Below are positions 11,524 through 20,457 of a DNA stretch of 32,000 bases, one piece after another. The DNA is from Raphidiopsis brookii D9 (lineage in GTDB: Bacteria > Cyanobacteriota > Cyanobacteriia > Cyanobacteriales > Nostocaceae): positions 120,001 to 152,000 of the forward strand of contig ACYB01000046.1 in NCBI GenBank assembly GCA_000175855.1, written 5' to 3'. The stretch's first letter is position 1. The number at the start of each line of letters is the position of its first letter. The translations under genes and the position numbers were made by a program. The notes beneath the pieces were generated by a model. It was not told where the DNA came from and searched no databases. It saw nothing but the letters and a program-made list of their open reading frames with translations.

Positions 11524-12171
11524 ATGAAGCACTCGACTTTAGTTTTAGTAATTTTGGCCCTAGCTTTAGGTGGTTTTGTTTACTTTGATGAAATTAAACG
11601 CAAGAGTCAATCAGAACAAGTTCCACAAAATACCCAAAAACAAATAAATCAACCTAACAGTTCTCATGAATCTAACCAACCAGAAAAAAAGCAAATTTTT
11701 TCTTTTAATACCAGTGATATTCAGTCGATAACTATTAAAACCCAAGACTATACATTGGATTTAGAACAGAGGACCAAATCGGAACCGCCAAATTGGTTAG
11801 TGAAACTACCTGCATCCACTACGCCCAAACCAGCACAGAAAGCCATAGTTTCCTATTTGACAGATTTATTGACTAAGGGTAAAAGTGAAAATATCATCCC
11901 AGTTCCAATTGATCGATTAAGCGAGTTTGGGCTAGATAAACCTATTGCAATTGTTGATGTTAAACTTCAAGATCAAAAACAGCATCAACTCGTTTTAGGT
12001 AAACCTAACTTTAATAATACTTTATTATATGCAAAAGTTAATTATACTGATAGCAATAGTCAAAGTATAGAGGTTTTGTTGGTATCTAAGGATTTTGCAA
12101 ATGCGGTAAATAGACAACTATCTGAGTGGGAAGACTCCACCTTATCATCCTCCGATAATCTCCCAAACTAA
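11524..12171 (+). CDS. DUF4340 domain-containing protein
   Basis: 215 aa ORF MKHSTLVLVILALALGGFVYFDEIKRKSQ...LEQRTKSEPPNWLVKLPASTTPKPAQKAIVSYLTDLLTKGKSENIIPVPIDRLSEFGLDKPIAIVDVKL, located directly behind the GldG-like gene. Confidence 0.75.
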   Translation: MKHSTLVLVILALALGGFVYFDEIKRKSQSEQVPQNTQKQINQPNSSHESNQPEKKQIFSFNTSDIQSITIKTQDYTLDLEQRTKSEPPNWLVKLPASTTPKPAQKAIVSYLTDLLTKGKSENIIPVPIDRLSEFGLDKPIAIVDVKLQDQKQHQLVLGKPNFNNTLLYAKVNYTDSNSQSIEVLLVSKDFANAVNRQLSEWEDSTLSSSDNLPN

Positions 12172-12173
12172 CC

Positions 12174-13355
12174 ATGGTAAAACAAGTGAAATCTAACTAT
12201 TCTGTACAATGGAGTGATCAGATTAGCCAAATTCCTCAAACTGCTTGGGATGCTCTAGCAGTACCCCTAAAAACCCCCTTTTTGGAATGGTGCTGGTTAC
12301 ATAATATGGAAAGTTCCCATAGCGTCACTGCTAACACTGGCTGGTTACCAAACCATTTAACATTATGGCGTGATAAAGTATTAATTGGTGCAGCTCCTCT
12401 TTATATTAAAGGGCATAGTCAAGGAGAATTTGTTTTTGATCATCAGTGGGCAGATTTAGCTGATCGTATAGGTGTGCACTACTACCCCAAGTTATTGGGA
12501 ATGTCACCCCTTACTCCTGCTGAAGGTTATCGCTTTCTAATTGCTCCTGGAGAGGATGAGGAAGAAATCACAGCGGTGATGGTTCGGGAAATTGATGATT
12601 TTTGTGTTAGGCACAATATTTCTGGCTGTCATTTTTTATATGTTGACCCCCAATGGCAATTAGTGCTAGAAAAACAGGGTTTTACCCCCTGGTTACACCA
12701 TAGCTATATTTGGCAAAATGACGGTTTTGCCAGTTTTGAGGATTATTTAAAAATGTTTAATGCCAACCAAAGGAGGAATATTAAAAGAGAACGTAAAGCG
12801 GTGGAAACAGCGGGGTTAAAACTCCAAGCTGTCACAGGTGACCAGATTCCTCAGTCTTTATTCCCATTAATGTACGAATTTTATTCTGATACCTGTGATA
12901 AGTTCGGTTGGTGGGGTAGTAAATATCTAACTAAAAGGTTTTTTGAAAGTCTATACCTTAATTATCGCCATCGGGTAGTATTTTTTTCCGCCCATAATCA
13001 TCAATCCACAAGCCAACCTTTAGGAATGTCCTTTTGTTTATTTAAAGATGACAGGTTGTATGGACGTTACTGGGGAAGTTTTCAAGAAATAGATTGTCTC
13101 CACTTTGATGCTTGTTATTATACACCCATCGAGTGGGCTATATCCCGTAAAATCCAAATTTTTGATCCAGGTGCAGGTGGTAGACATAAGCAACGACGAG
13201 GTTTTCCAGCTACTCCTAATCACAGTTTGCACCGCTTTTATCATAACCACTTGGGTCAACTTTTACGCCGTTATATTTCCCAGGCAAATCATCATGAAGC
13301 ACAACAGATAATAGCTATGAACGCAGATCTACCTTTCAATCCTAATCCCTCTTGA
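12174..13355 (+). CDS. GNAT-fold / peptidogalycan biosynthesis-like protein (COG3146/DUF482 type)
   Basis: 393 aa ORF, WNDGFASFEDYLKMFNANQRRNIKRERKAVETAG...FYSDTCDKFGWWGSKYLTKRFFESL...YGRYWGSFQEIDCLHFDACYYTPIEWAI...FDPGAGGRHKQRRGF; ATG starts 3 nt after the upstream TAA. Confidence 0.85.
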   Translation: MVKQVKSNYSVQWSDQISQIPQTAWDALAVPLKTPFLEWCWLHNMESSHSVTANTGWLPNHLTLWRDKVLIGAAPLYIKGHSQGEFVFDHQWADLADRIGVHYYPKLLGMSPLTPAEGYRFLIAPGEDEEEITAVMVREIDDFCVRHNISGCHFLYVDPQWQLVLEKQGFTPWLHHSYIWQNDGFASFEDYLKMFNANQRRNIKRERKAVETAGLKLQAVTGDQIPQSLFPLMYEFYSDTCDKFGWWGSKYLTKRFFESLYLNYRHRVVFFSAHNHQSTSQPLGMSFCLFKDDRLYGRYWGSFQEIDCLHFDACYYTPIEWAISRKIQIFDPGAGGRHKQRRGFPATPNHSLHRFYHNHLGQLLRRYISQANHHEAQQIIAMNADLPFNPNPS

Positions 13356-13421
13356 AAACAACGGATAAAAAATTACCTTGGATCGTAAGATAAGAAAATA
13401 TGGACATATTTTTCTACAATC

Positions 13422-13805
13422 ATGGATTTAATAATTGACGATTTAACTGCTATCGACGATAAACTTTCCCAGCGTCACATTGACCTTGATCCTCATGGTT
13501 ACTTTCTAATATATATAGATGCCAATGAGCGTTTAATTCATGCTAAACACTTTACTAATTTTATTGATGAACGCGGTTTAGCTGTAGACCCGGAAACGGG
13601 TAAGGTCATTCCTGCACGAGGTAAGGTGGAAAGAAATCACACAACTGTTTTCAGTGGTCGTACTGCCAAAGAATTGTGTGTGAAAATCTTTGAACAAACC
13701 GACCCTTGTCCTGTTAGCTTCCTAAACCATGCAGCCTACTTGGGACGGGAATTTGTCCGAGCTGAGGTGGCTTTAGTTACTGGCAAGGAGTACGTGCAGG
13801 ATTAG
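13422..13805 (+). CDS. DUF4346-like conserved cyanobacterial protein
   Basis: 127 aa ORF MDLIIDDLTAIDDKLSQRHIDLDPHGYFLIYIDANERLIHAKHFTNFIDERGLAVDPETGKVIPARGK.... Confidence 0.7.
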   Translation: MDLIIDDLTAIDDKLSQRHIDLDPHGYFLIYIDANERLIHAKHFTNFIDERGLAVDPETGKVIPARGKVERNHTTVFSGRTAKELCVKIFEQTDPCPVSFLNHAAYLGREFVRAEVALVTGKEYVQD

Positions 13806-13831
13806 CTATTTGTGGGGGAGTGGCCCTCCCT

Positions 13832-14593
13832 TTAACCTTCCTTGGATGGTTGATTGATTTGGTATAGGTAATAGGTCGCCATGGGAATAACCGTCGCTGC
13901 AATTAGCAGTCCTACTACCCACGCAGTAGAATTGCTCTTGTTCTTATTAGTCTGTGCTGCTGTGGCAAATGTCCCTTCTACCTGGATGGTTTCTTTCTCC
14001 TCCGGTGGTCCAGGATCAGGTTCACCGGAAAGCACTGCTACCAGGCGATCGCGCACATTAAGCAATCCTTGGTTGTATTTATTGCCAGAACGCAATTCTA
14101 TTCCCAGGGTTTTTTCAGTAACACTGGTAGCTATTTCATCGGTTAAAAGAGTTTTCACCTGTTCCCCACTCACAATGGTGGCCCCATTTGTTAAACTATC
14201 AACCACTAGAATGGATTGATTTGCCTGGGTTTCCGATGTGGGAAACCATTTGGTGAATAGCGCCTGAGCAAAGCTCTGTGGTGTTTCTCCGTAGTCGAAT
14301 CGATGAATAGTTACTATTCTCACTTCCTTACCGGTTTTTTGAGCCAGGTCTTGAAAAGCGCTAGTAATTTGCCCCTCGTTAAAGCGACTAATTACATCTC
14401 CCTCGTCTACTACCCAAGTATTGGGGGTCAGATCAGGTATTTGATACACCCCCGTAGCACTAGCTGGGGCGGAAAACATGGGGACAGATATGATCATCAC
14501 TAACACTGATAATATCAAGCCAGTGACGTATTTAGGGGTGCTGAATAATTGTTTAAGTAGCTGTTTCATAATGAATCCCAAGACGAATTCCAC
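13832..14593 (-). CDS. psb32: Photosystem II repair protein Psb32-like, TPM domain protein
   Basis: 253 aa ORF with signal-peptide-like N-terminus, TPM region (GVYQIPDLTPNTWVVDEGDVISRFNEGQITSAFQDLAQKTGKEVRIVTIHRFDYG) and a C-terminal TM. True start may be the internal MKQLLKQLF. Confidence 0.82.
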   Translation of the reverse strand: MEFVLGFIMKQLLKQLFSTPKYVTGLILSVLVMIISVPMFSAPASATGVYQIPDLTPNTWVVDEGDVISRFNEGQITSAFQDLAQKTGKEVRIVTIHRFDYGETPQSFAQALFTKWFPTSETQANQSILVVDSLTNGATIVSGEQVKTLLTDEIATSVTEKTLGIELRSGNKYNQGLLNVRDRLVAVLSGEPDPGPPEEKETIQVEGTFATAAQTNKNKSNSTAWVVGLLIAATVIPMATYYLYQINQPSKEG

Positions 14594-14701
14594 AATGCCA
14601 TTAGAATCACGATACTATGGAAGTGTCTCTAACACTCTGATTTCACCAGGATAAATCCTATCCTACCCAAAAATATAATTACATAATTACAACATACAAT
14701 T

Positions 14702-15706
14702 GTGGTTTACCGTATTCTAGATGCAAATTTAAACAGATCCCGTGAGGGACTGCGAATCATTGAAGAATGGTGCCGTTTTGGCTTAAATGATGCTTCCCTC
14801 GCTGAAACCTGTAAAAACCTACGTCAAGAAGTTGCTAGGTGGCACACACCACAAATTAGATCATCACGAGATACTGTGGGTGATACTGGCACAATTTTGA
14901 GCCATCCTCAAGAGGAACACCGTAATTCTATTACCTCCCTATTACAGGCTAATTTTTGCCGTATTCAGGAAGCTTTTAGGGTTTTAGAAGAATATGGCAA
15001 GCTACATCACGAAGAAATGGGAAAAACTTTTAAGCAAATGCGCTATCAAGTTTATACTCTAGAGAGTAGCTTAATGGGTCATCAGCGTCATCACTTATTA
15101 TGGCAGTCTCGTCTGTATTTGGTCACGTCTCCTGCAGATAGCTTATTAACTATTGTCGAGTCTTGTCTCCAAGGTGGATTAACCATAGTGCAATATAGGG
15201 AAAAGACAGCTGATGACATGGTGCGCTTGGATAGGGCTAAGAAACTAAGAGAGTTATGTCGAAGTTATGGTGCTTTGTTTATTATTAATGACCGTGTAGA
15301 CTTAGCCTTAGCTGTTGATGCAGATGGAGTACATTTAGGACAACAAGATTTACCAGTTCCTGTAGCTAGGGAATTATTAGGTCCACAACGTATCCTAGGA
15401 CGTTCCACAACCAATCCCCAAGAGATGCAAGCAGCAATTACTGAGGGTGCGGATTATGTTGGTGTCGGTCCTGTGTATGAAACACCAACTAAACCAGGAA
15501 AACCAGCAGCAGGATTTGACTATGTGAATTACGCATCTAGGAACTGTCCTATTCCCTGGTTTGCGATTGGAGGTGTGGACATGGGTAACATTCATGATAC
15601 CATCAAGGCTGGGGCACAGCGTGTAGCTGTAGTGAGATCACTAATGGAAGCAGAACAACCTACGCTCGCTACCCAGTATTTTATGTCCCAGCTATTGCGC
15701 AAGTAG
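14702..15706 (+). CDS. thiE: Thiamine phosphate synthase, cyanobacterial long form with N-terminal extension
   Basis: 334 aa ORF; N-terminal VYRILDANLNRSREGLRIIEEWCRFGLND, C-terminal TMP synthase motifs (GADYVGVGPVYETPTKP, WFAIGGVDMGN). GTG start. Confidence 0.93.
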   Translation: MVYRILDANLNRSREGLRIIEEWCRFGLNDASLAETCKNLRQEVARWHTPQIRSSRDTVGDTGTILSHPQEEHRNSITSLLQANFCRIQEAFRVLEEYGKLHHEEMGKTFKQMRYQVYTLESSLMGHQRHHLLWQSRLYLVTSPADSLLTIVESCLQGGLTIVQYREKTADDMVRLDRAKKLRELCRSYGALFIINDRVDLALAVDADGVHLGQQDLPVPVARELLGPQRILGRSTTNPQEMQAAITEGADYVGVGPVYETPTKPGKPAAGFDYVNYASRNCPIPWFAIGGVDMGNIHDTIKAGAQRVAVVRSLMEAEQPTLATQYFMSQLLRK

Positions 15707-15758
15707 GAATAGAATTTATTTTCTAAACTAGTCAGGACATATAAATCTTAGGTTCCAA

Positions 15759-16149
15759 CTAAGCCCAATCCCGATAAACATACAGTTCATCTACTCTCAT
15801 TTCAAATGGTATAGCACGAGGTTCCGGGGGACAAACGCGAATTTTGGCACTACTAACCACACTGTAAAGTAAAGTTGCCATAGGGACAATTTTTTGCAAA
15901 ATTCGCCAGTTGCTTACTTGGTCTGGACATTCAATAACTAAAAGTCAAAGCTTTAGTATCTGTTTTCATGTACCAACGACAGTAAGAGAGCAGGTTTTGA
16001 ATATTCCGGTCACACCCATGATAAAAGTAGCGACTGATGGAGTGTTCTAGCTGTTGACGCAGAATAATATCTGCTGAAGTGGCTTGAATGGGGTGTTGGT
16101 CATCAGCGTTGAACCCTGACTTTATTCTAACCATTTCGGTAGTCGTCAC
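15759..16149 (-). CDS. Conserved cyanobacterial protein of unknown function, broken by a one-base frameshift near 15934-15944
   Basis: Track ORF 15931..16149 (MVRIKSGFNADDQHPIQATSADIILRQQLEHSISRYFYHGCDRNIQNLLSYCRWYMKTDTKALTF) continues in an adjacent frame as IECPDQVSNWRILQKIVPMATLLYSVVVSAKIRVCPPEPRAIPFEMRVDELYVYRDWA* to the stop at 15759-15761. Confidence 0.75.
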
Positions 16150-16245
16150 GTAAAAATATCCTTTACATAACTACCAATAAAACTCTAATTCTCAAATTCT
16201 GAATCAGTATTTAGATATAGTTTCTTTAGTATTAAGAAGTATTAA

Positions 16246-16278
16246 GAAAAAATGCCCCCACTACTAATGGAGGACATT
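16246..16278 (-). terminator. Probable intrinsic terminator of psbA
   Basis: Minus strand: AATGTCCTCCATTAGTAGTGGGGGCATTTTTTC; about 8 bp stem (some G-T pairs) followed by a T run, 27-59 nt after the psbA stop. Confidence 0.6.
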
Positions 16279-16304
16279 TTTCAGCTACTCAAAATTCTTT
16301 GAGA

Positions 16305-17387
16305 TTAACCATTGATTGCAGGAGCAGTCAAAGCAACAGGAGAAACTTCACCAGCAGCTAGGTCTAAGGGGAAGTTGTGAGCGTTGCGCTCGTGCATTAC
16401 TTCCATACCCAAATTAGCGCGGTTGATTACATCCGCCCAAGTACCGATTACACGACCTTGTGAGTCAATAATGGATTGGTTGAAGTTGAATCCGTTCAGG
16501 TTGAATGCCATGGTGCTTACACCCAAAGCAGTAAACCAAATACCAACCACTGGCCATGCAGCCAAGAAGAAGTGTAGAGAACGGCTGTTGTTAAAAGAAG
16601 CGTATTGGAATATCAAACGACCAAAGTAGCCGTGTGCAGCAACGATGTTATAGGTTTCTTCTTCTTGACCGAATTTGTAACCGTAGTTTTGAGACTCGGT
16701 TTCGGTGGTTTCACGCACCAAGGAAGAGGTTACCAAAGAACCGTGCATTGCAGAGAACAAGCTACCACCAAATACACCAGCTACACCTAGCATGTGGAAG
16801 GGGTGCATCAAGATGTTGTGTTCAGCTTGGAACACAATCATGAAGTTGAATGTACCGGAAATACCTAAAGGCATACCGTCGGAGAAGGAACCTTGTCCGA
16901 TGGGGTAGATCAAGAATACTGCAGTAGCAGAAGCCAAAGGCGCAGAGTAAGCTACACAGATCCAAGGACGCATACCCAAGCGGTAGGACAATTCCCACTG
17001 ACGACCTAAGTAGCAAGCGCAACCGATCAGGAAGTGGAAAATTACCAACTGGTAAGGACCACCGTTATATAACCATTCATCTAAGGAAGCAGCTTCCCAT
17101 ATAGGGTAGAAGTGCAAACCAATAGCGTTGGATGAAGGAACAACCGCACCGGAGATGATGTTGTTTCCGTAAATCAATGATCCTGCTACGGGCTCGCGGA
17201 TACCATCAATATCTACGGGAGGAGCAGCGATGAAGGCAATAATGAAACAGGTGGTTGCAGCCAATAGGGTAGGGATCATTAGTACACCAAACCAACCGAC
17301 GTAGACACGGTTTTCGGTGCTGGTGATGAATTCACAGAAACGATCCCATACGCTAGCGTTAGAGCGCTGTTGTAAGGTTGTGGTCAT
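16305..17387 (-). CDS. psbA: Photosystem II D1 protein
   Basis: 360 aa full-length D1, ...[65 protein letters not shown]...[29 protein letters not shown]. Confidence 0.99.
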   Translation of the reverse strand: MTTTLQQRSNASVWDRFCEFITSTENRVYVGWFGVLMIPTLLAATTCFIIAFIAAPPVDIDGIREPVAGSLIYGNNIISGAVVPSSNAIGLHFYPIWEAASLDEWLYNGGPYQLVIFHFLIGCACYLGRQWELSYRLGMRPWICVAYSAPLASATAVFLIYPIGQGSFSDGMPLGISGTFNFMIVFQAEHNILMHPFHMLGVAGVFGGSLFSAMHGSLVTSSLVRETTETESQNYGYKFGQEEETYNIVAAHGYFGRLIFQYASFNNSRSLHFFLAAWPVVGIWFTALGVSTMAFNLNGFNFNQSIIDSQGRVIGTWADVINRANLGMEVMHERNAHNFPLDLAAGEVSPVALTAPAING

Positions 17388-17425
17388 TTTTTATGATTGC
17401 TTTATGAGCTTTATGATATGATAAT

Positions 17426-17447
17426 AAGTAGGCGGTTTCCCCTACTT
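17426..17447 (-). promoter_or_regulatory. psbA 5'UTR stem-loop
   Basis: Minus strand AAGTAGG-GGAAACCG-CCTACTT: perfect 7 bp stem with 8 nt loop, 39 nt upstream of the ATG. Confidence 0.7.
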
Positions 17448-17455
17448 GATACACC

Positions 17456-17484
17456 ATCCTAAAGGATAGTTCTTTTGTTGTAAA
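17456..17484 (-). promoter_or_regulatory. Candidate sigma70-type promoter of psbA
   Basis: Minus strand TTTACA (17484-17479), 17 nt spacer, TAGGAT (17461-17456). Predicted +1 would fall about 17449, just before the stem-loop. Confidence 0.45.
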
Positions 17485-17524
17485 GGGGTTTTTCATTAGT
17501 AAATCTGATAATATTTTCTAATTA

Positions 17525-17538
17525 TGATAAGTTTATCA
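17525..17538. repeat. Perfect inverted repeat TGATAA-GT-TTATCA upstream of the psbA promoter
   Basis: Plus strand TGATAAGTTTATCA, 6+2+6 nt. Confidence 0.7.
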
Positions 17539-17636
17539 AATAATAATAGTTTCCGAATACAAATCAGTTAATTTCCCCCGGATTGATGTCCTGCTTTTTC
17601 CATTAGCGTGGGATGGATCCGGGGATTTTGGTTTTT

Positions 17637-17987
17637 TTAACCCGGAGGCCAGGACAAGGATCTTCCCCCTAGGATGTGTATGTGGAGGTGATGGACTGTT
17701 TGTCCTCCATCCTGTCCCACATTCATAACTACCCGATAACCCTGTTCAAGACCTGCTATTTGGGCGACTTTTTGCACGGTTAATAATAAGTGTCCTAACA
17801 ACTCTTGATCTTCTGCTTGTGCAGTAGCTAGATTGACTATGGGTTTCTTGGGTATGACCAGAATATGAGTAGGTGCTTGGGGGTTAACATCTGTAAATGC
17901 TAAAGCCAATTCATCCTCATAAACTATGTGGGCGGGTATTTCCCGACGGATTATTTTACCGAAAATGGTATCTGGAGTTGAAGTCAT
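17637..17987 (-). CDS. HIT (histidine triad) family protein
   Basis: 116 aa ORF TIFGKIIRREIPAHIVYEDELALAFTDVNPQAPTHILVIPKKP...GQTVHHLHIHILGGR. Confidence 0.95.
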   Translation of the reverse strand: MTSTPDTIFGKIIRREIPAHIVYEDELALAFTDVNPQAPTHILVIPKKPIVNLATAQAEDQELLGHLLLTVQKVAQIAGLEQGYRVVMNVGQDGGQTVHHLHIHILGGRSLSWPPG

Positions 17988-18055
17988 GAAGAATTGCTGT
18001 TAAAGATTGCTAAAGTGGTTTGTCTGTAAATTTTAGGACAAATCTGGCCATCTCA

Positions 18056-18088
18056 AAAGTAGTTTTAAAGTAGTTTTAAAGTAGTTTT
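18056..18088. repeat. Three perfect tandem copies of 11 bp AAAGTAGTTTT
   Basis: 18056-18066, 18067-18077 and 18078-18088 are identical; array lies between the divergent HIT and comM genes. Confidence 0.95.
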
Positions 18089-18169
18089 GCGTAATTTCCC
18101 CAATGGCAACCTGGGAACAAATCTGCTTTTATAAAGTGGAGTGATATCAAAATTTCTTCCCATAAGGAA

Positions 18170-19705
18170 ATGCTATCTAGAGTCTGGAGTGCATCCATTG
18201 TTGGTATAGATGCTGTAAAAGTAGGCGTGGAAGTGGATATTTCTGGTGGAGGATTACCAGGAATTATCATTTTAGGTTTACCCGATTCAGCAATTCAAGA
18301 GTCTAAGGAAAGGGTAAAAGCAACCTTGAGAAATGCAGGTTTTAACGTTCCTGCACGTAAGATAGTAATTAATCTGACTCCTGCAGATCTTAGGAAAGAG
18401 GGACCTGCTTTTGACGTACCTATTAGTATAGGAATTTTGGCCGCATCTGAACAAGTCAATCTTGATTTATTGGGAGAATTTTTGTTCTTGGGTGAGGTTT
18501 CCCTTGATGGTACACTCCTACCTGTTACAGGAGTTTTACCCATTGCAGCTGCTGCGGAAAAATTGGGGATTCGTAGTTTGGTAGTACCCATGGAAAATAC
18601 TCAAGAAGCAGCAGTAGTAGAGGGTTTAAATGTTTACGGTTGCACTAGCATTTTACAAGTGGTGGATTTATTAAATAACATCAAAAACCACAAAAACATA
18701 AGTTTAAAACCCACCCAGGAAAGCCTATTATCTACATCTTCTAACTCGGCGGATTTGCAGGATGTTAAGGGTCAATCCCACGCCCGGAGAGCATTAGAAA
18801 TCGCCGCTGCAGGGGGACACAATTTGATTTTTGTCGGTCCCCCTGGAAGTGGAAAAACAATGTTGGCCAGACGCTTACCAGGGATTTTGCCCCCATTGGA
18901 ATTTTCTGAATCTTTGGAAGTAACTCGCATTCATTCCGTTGCTGGTTTATTGAAAAACCGTGGTTCATTAGTGCGCGAGCGTCCTTTTCGCAGTCCTCAC
19001 CATTCTGCTTCCGGTCCATCCCTAGTTGGAGGTGGCAGTTTTCCTCGTCCCGGAGAAATTTCATTGTCCCATAGAGGTGTGCTTTTTTTAGATGAGTTAA
19101 CAGAATTTAAAAGGGATGTTTTGGAATTTTTGAGACAACCTTTAGAAGATGGATATGTAACTATTTCTCGCACTCGTCAATCAGTAGTTTTTCCAGCACA
19201 ATTTACTTTGGTTGCTAGTACCAATCCCTGTCCTTGCGGGTATTATGGCGATGGGATCCAACCATGCACTTGCTCCCCCCGACAACGAGAACAATATTGG
19301 GCAAAGTTATCAGGTCCATTAATGGATAGAATTGATTTACAGGTAGCAGTAAACCGGTTGAAACCAGAGGAAATTACCCGCGAAACCAGGGGAGAATCCT
19401 CCAAAATTGTCAGAGAAAGAGTCCAAAAGGTTAGATCTGTTACTAACCTTCGTTTTCAGTCTGAACCCCATGTTAAATGCAATGCTCACATGCAAAGTCG
19501 TCATCTACAAAAATGGTGCAAATTAGATGATACAAGTCGTAAACTTCTAGAAAATGCAATTACACGACTAGGACTTTCCGCACGAGCAAGCGATCGCATT
19601 CTTAAGGTAGCACGGACTATTGCGGATTTAGCAGATGAGGAAAACTTAAAGTCTCAACATGTAGCAGAGGCAATTCAATATAGAACTATAGATAGAATGC
19701 AGTAG
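18170..19705 (+). CDS. comM: YifB/ComM-family Mg chelatase-like AAA+ ATPase
   Basis: 511 aa ORF: GLPDSAIQESKERVKATLRNAGF, VGPPGSGKTMLARRLPGILPPL, FRSPHHSASGPSLVGGG, NPCPCGYYGD. Confidence 0.95.
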   Translation: MLSRVWSASIVGIDAVKVGVEVDISGGGLPGIIILGLPDSAIQESKERVKATLRNAGFNVPARKIVINLTPADLRKEGPAFDVPISIGILAASEQVNLDLLGEFLFLGEVSLDGTLLPVTGVLPIAAAAEKLGIRSLVVPMENTQEAAVVEGLNVYGCTSILQVVDLLNNIKNHKNISLKPTQESLLSTSSNSADLQDVKGQSHARRALEIAAAGGHNLIFVGPPGSGKTMLARRLPGILPPLEFSESLEVTRIHSVAGLLKNRGSLVRERPFRSPHHSASGPSLVGGGSFPRPGEISLSHRGVLFLDELTEFKRDVLEFLRQPLEDGYVTISRTRQSVVFPAQFTLVASTNPCPCGYYGDGIQPCTCSPRQREQYWAKLSGPLMDRIDLQVAVNRLKPEEITRETRGESSKIVRERVQKVRSVTNLRFQSEPHVKCNAHMQSRHLQKWCKLDDTSRKLLENAITRLGLSARASDRILKVARTIADLADEENLKSQHVAEAIQYRTIDRMQ

Positions 19706-19730
19706 AGAATTGTAATAGATTTTTATTTTT

Positions 19731-20387
19731 TTATTCAATTTTTTTAGCACATACATCAACTAAATCGCAACTTTCACAACTGGGAGATCTAGCTTTACAA
19801 ACCGCACGACCATGATATATTAATCTGATTGACCAGTTTTCCCATTCCGGTTGGGGTAGCAGTTCCATTAAATCTTTCTCTATGCTAATTGGTTCGGTAC
19901 TTGCTGTTAGACCTAACCGTTGAGTTAATCTTTTCACGTGGGTATCCACTGTCACCCCCGCATTAATACCATAAGCATGAGCTAAGACCACATTTGCCGT
20001 TTTTCTTGCTACCCCGGGCAGTTTTAATAGATCCTCCATCTTGTTTGGAACAGTTGAGTTAAAATCACTCACTATCATCGTACAGGCGGATTTAATGTTC
20101 TTGGCTTTGTTGCGATAAAACCCAGTAGAATGGACTAAATTCTCCAATTCTAATACATCTGCTTCTGCTAAACTCTGGACATCGGGAAAGCGACCAAACA
20201 AATCCGGGGTTACCTTATTAACTCTTTCATCCGTACATTGTGCGGAAAGAATAGTGGCCACCAAAAGTTGGACTGGGGTTTGATAGTTTAGAGAACAGGT
20301 TGCATCAGGATAAAGACGATAAAGACGAGAGAGAATTTCTAAAGCTAGTCCCCTTTTAGATAGTTTGGAGATTTTTTTATTACCCAT
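19731..20387 (-). CDS. nth: Endonuclease III
   Basis: 218 aa ORF with HhH-GPD region LLKLPGVARKTANVVLAHAYGINAGVTVDTHVKRL and 4Fe-4S-type cysteines CKARSPSCESCDLVDVC. Confidence 0.96.
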   Translation of the reverse strand: MGNKKISKLSKRGLALEILSRLYRLYPDATCSLNYQTPVQLLVATILSAQCTDERVNKVTPDLFGRFPDVQSLAEADVLELENLVHSTGFYRNKAKNIKSACTMIVSDFNSTVPNKMEDLLKLPGVARKTANVVLAHAYGINAGVTVDTHVKRLTQRLGLTASTEPISIEKDLMELLPQPEWENWSIRLIYHGRAVCKARSPSCESCDLVDVCAKKIE

Positions 20388-20457
20388 GGAGACGCAGGAT
20401 CTGATGATTTTAATATTGCGACTAACCGGTTTTATTCGATTAGTCGGTGATTTGGAA

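Noticed and set aside
13881-14219. 112 aa plus-strand ORF inside psb32
   Set aside because: Antisense to a recognisable Psb32/TPM gene; no supporting motif.
16227-16246. Two-copy AGTATTAAGA direct repeat near the psbA 3' end
   Set aside because: Only two 10 bp AT-rich copies; not distinguishable from chance.
16384-17022. Several small ORFs on both strands inside psbA (16384..16629, 16605..16790, 16634..16843, 16705..16908, 16822..17022)
   Set aside because: psbA is under strong codon constraint; antisense and shifted frames are open by chance and none shows family features.
18295-19064. Minus-strand ORFs inside comM (18295..18591 and 18765..19064)
   Set aside because: Fully antisense to a conserved AAA+ gene, with no independent evidence of coding.
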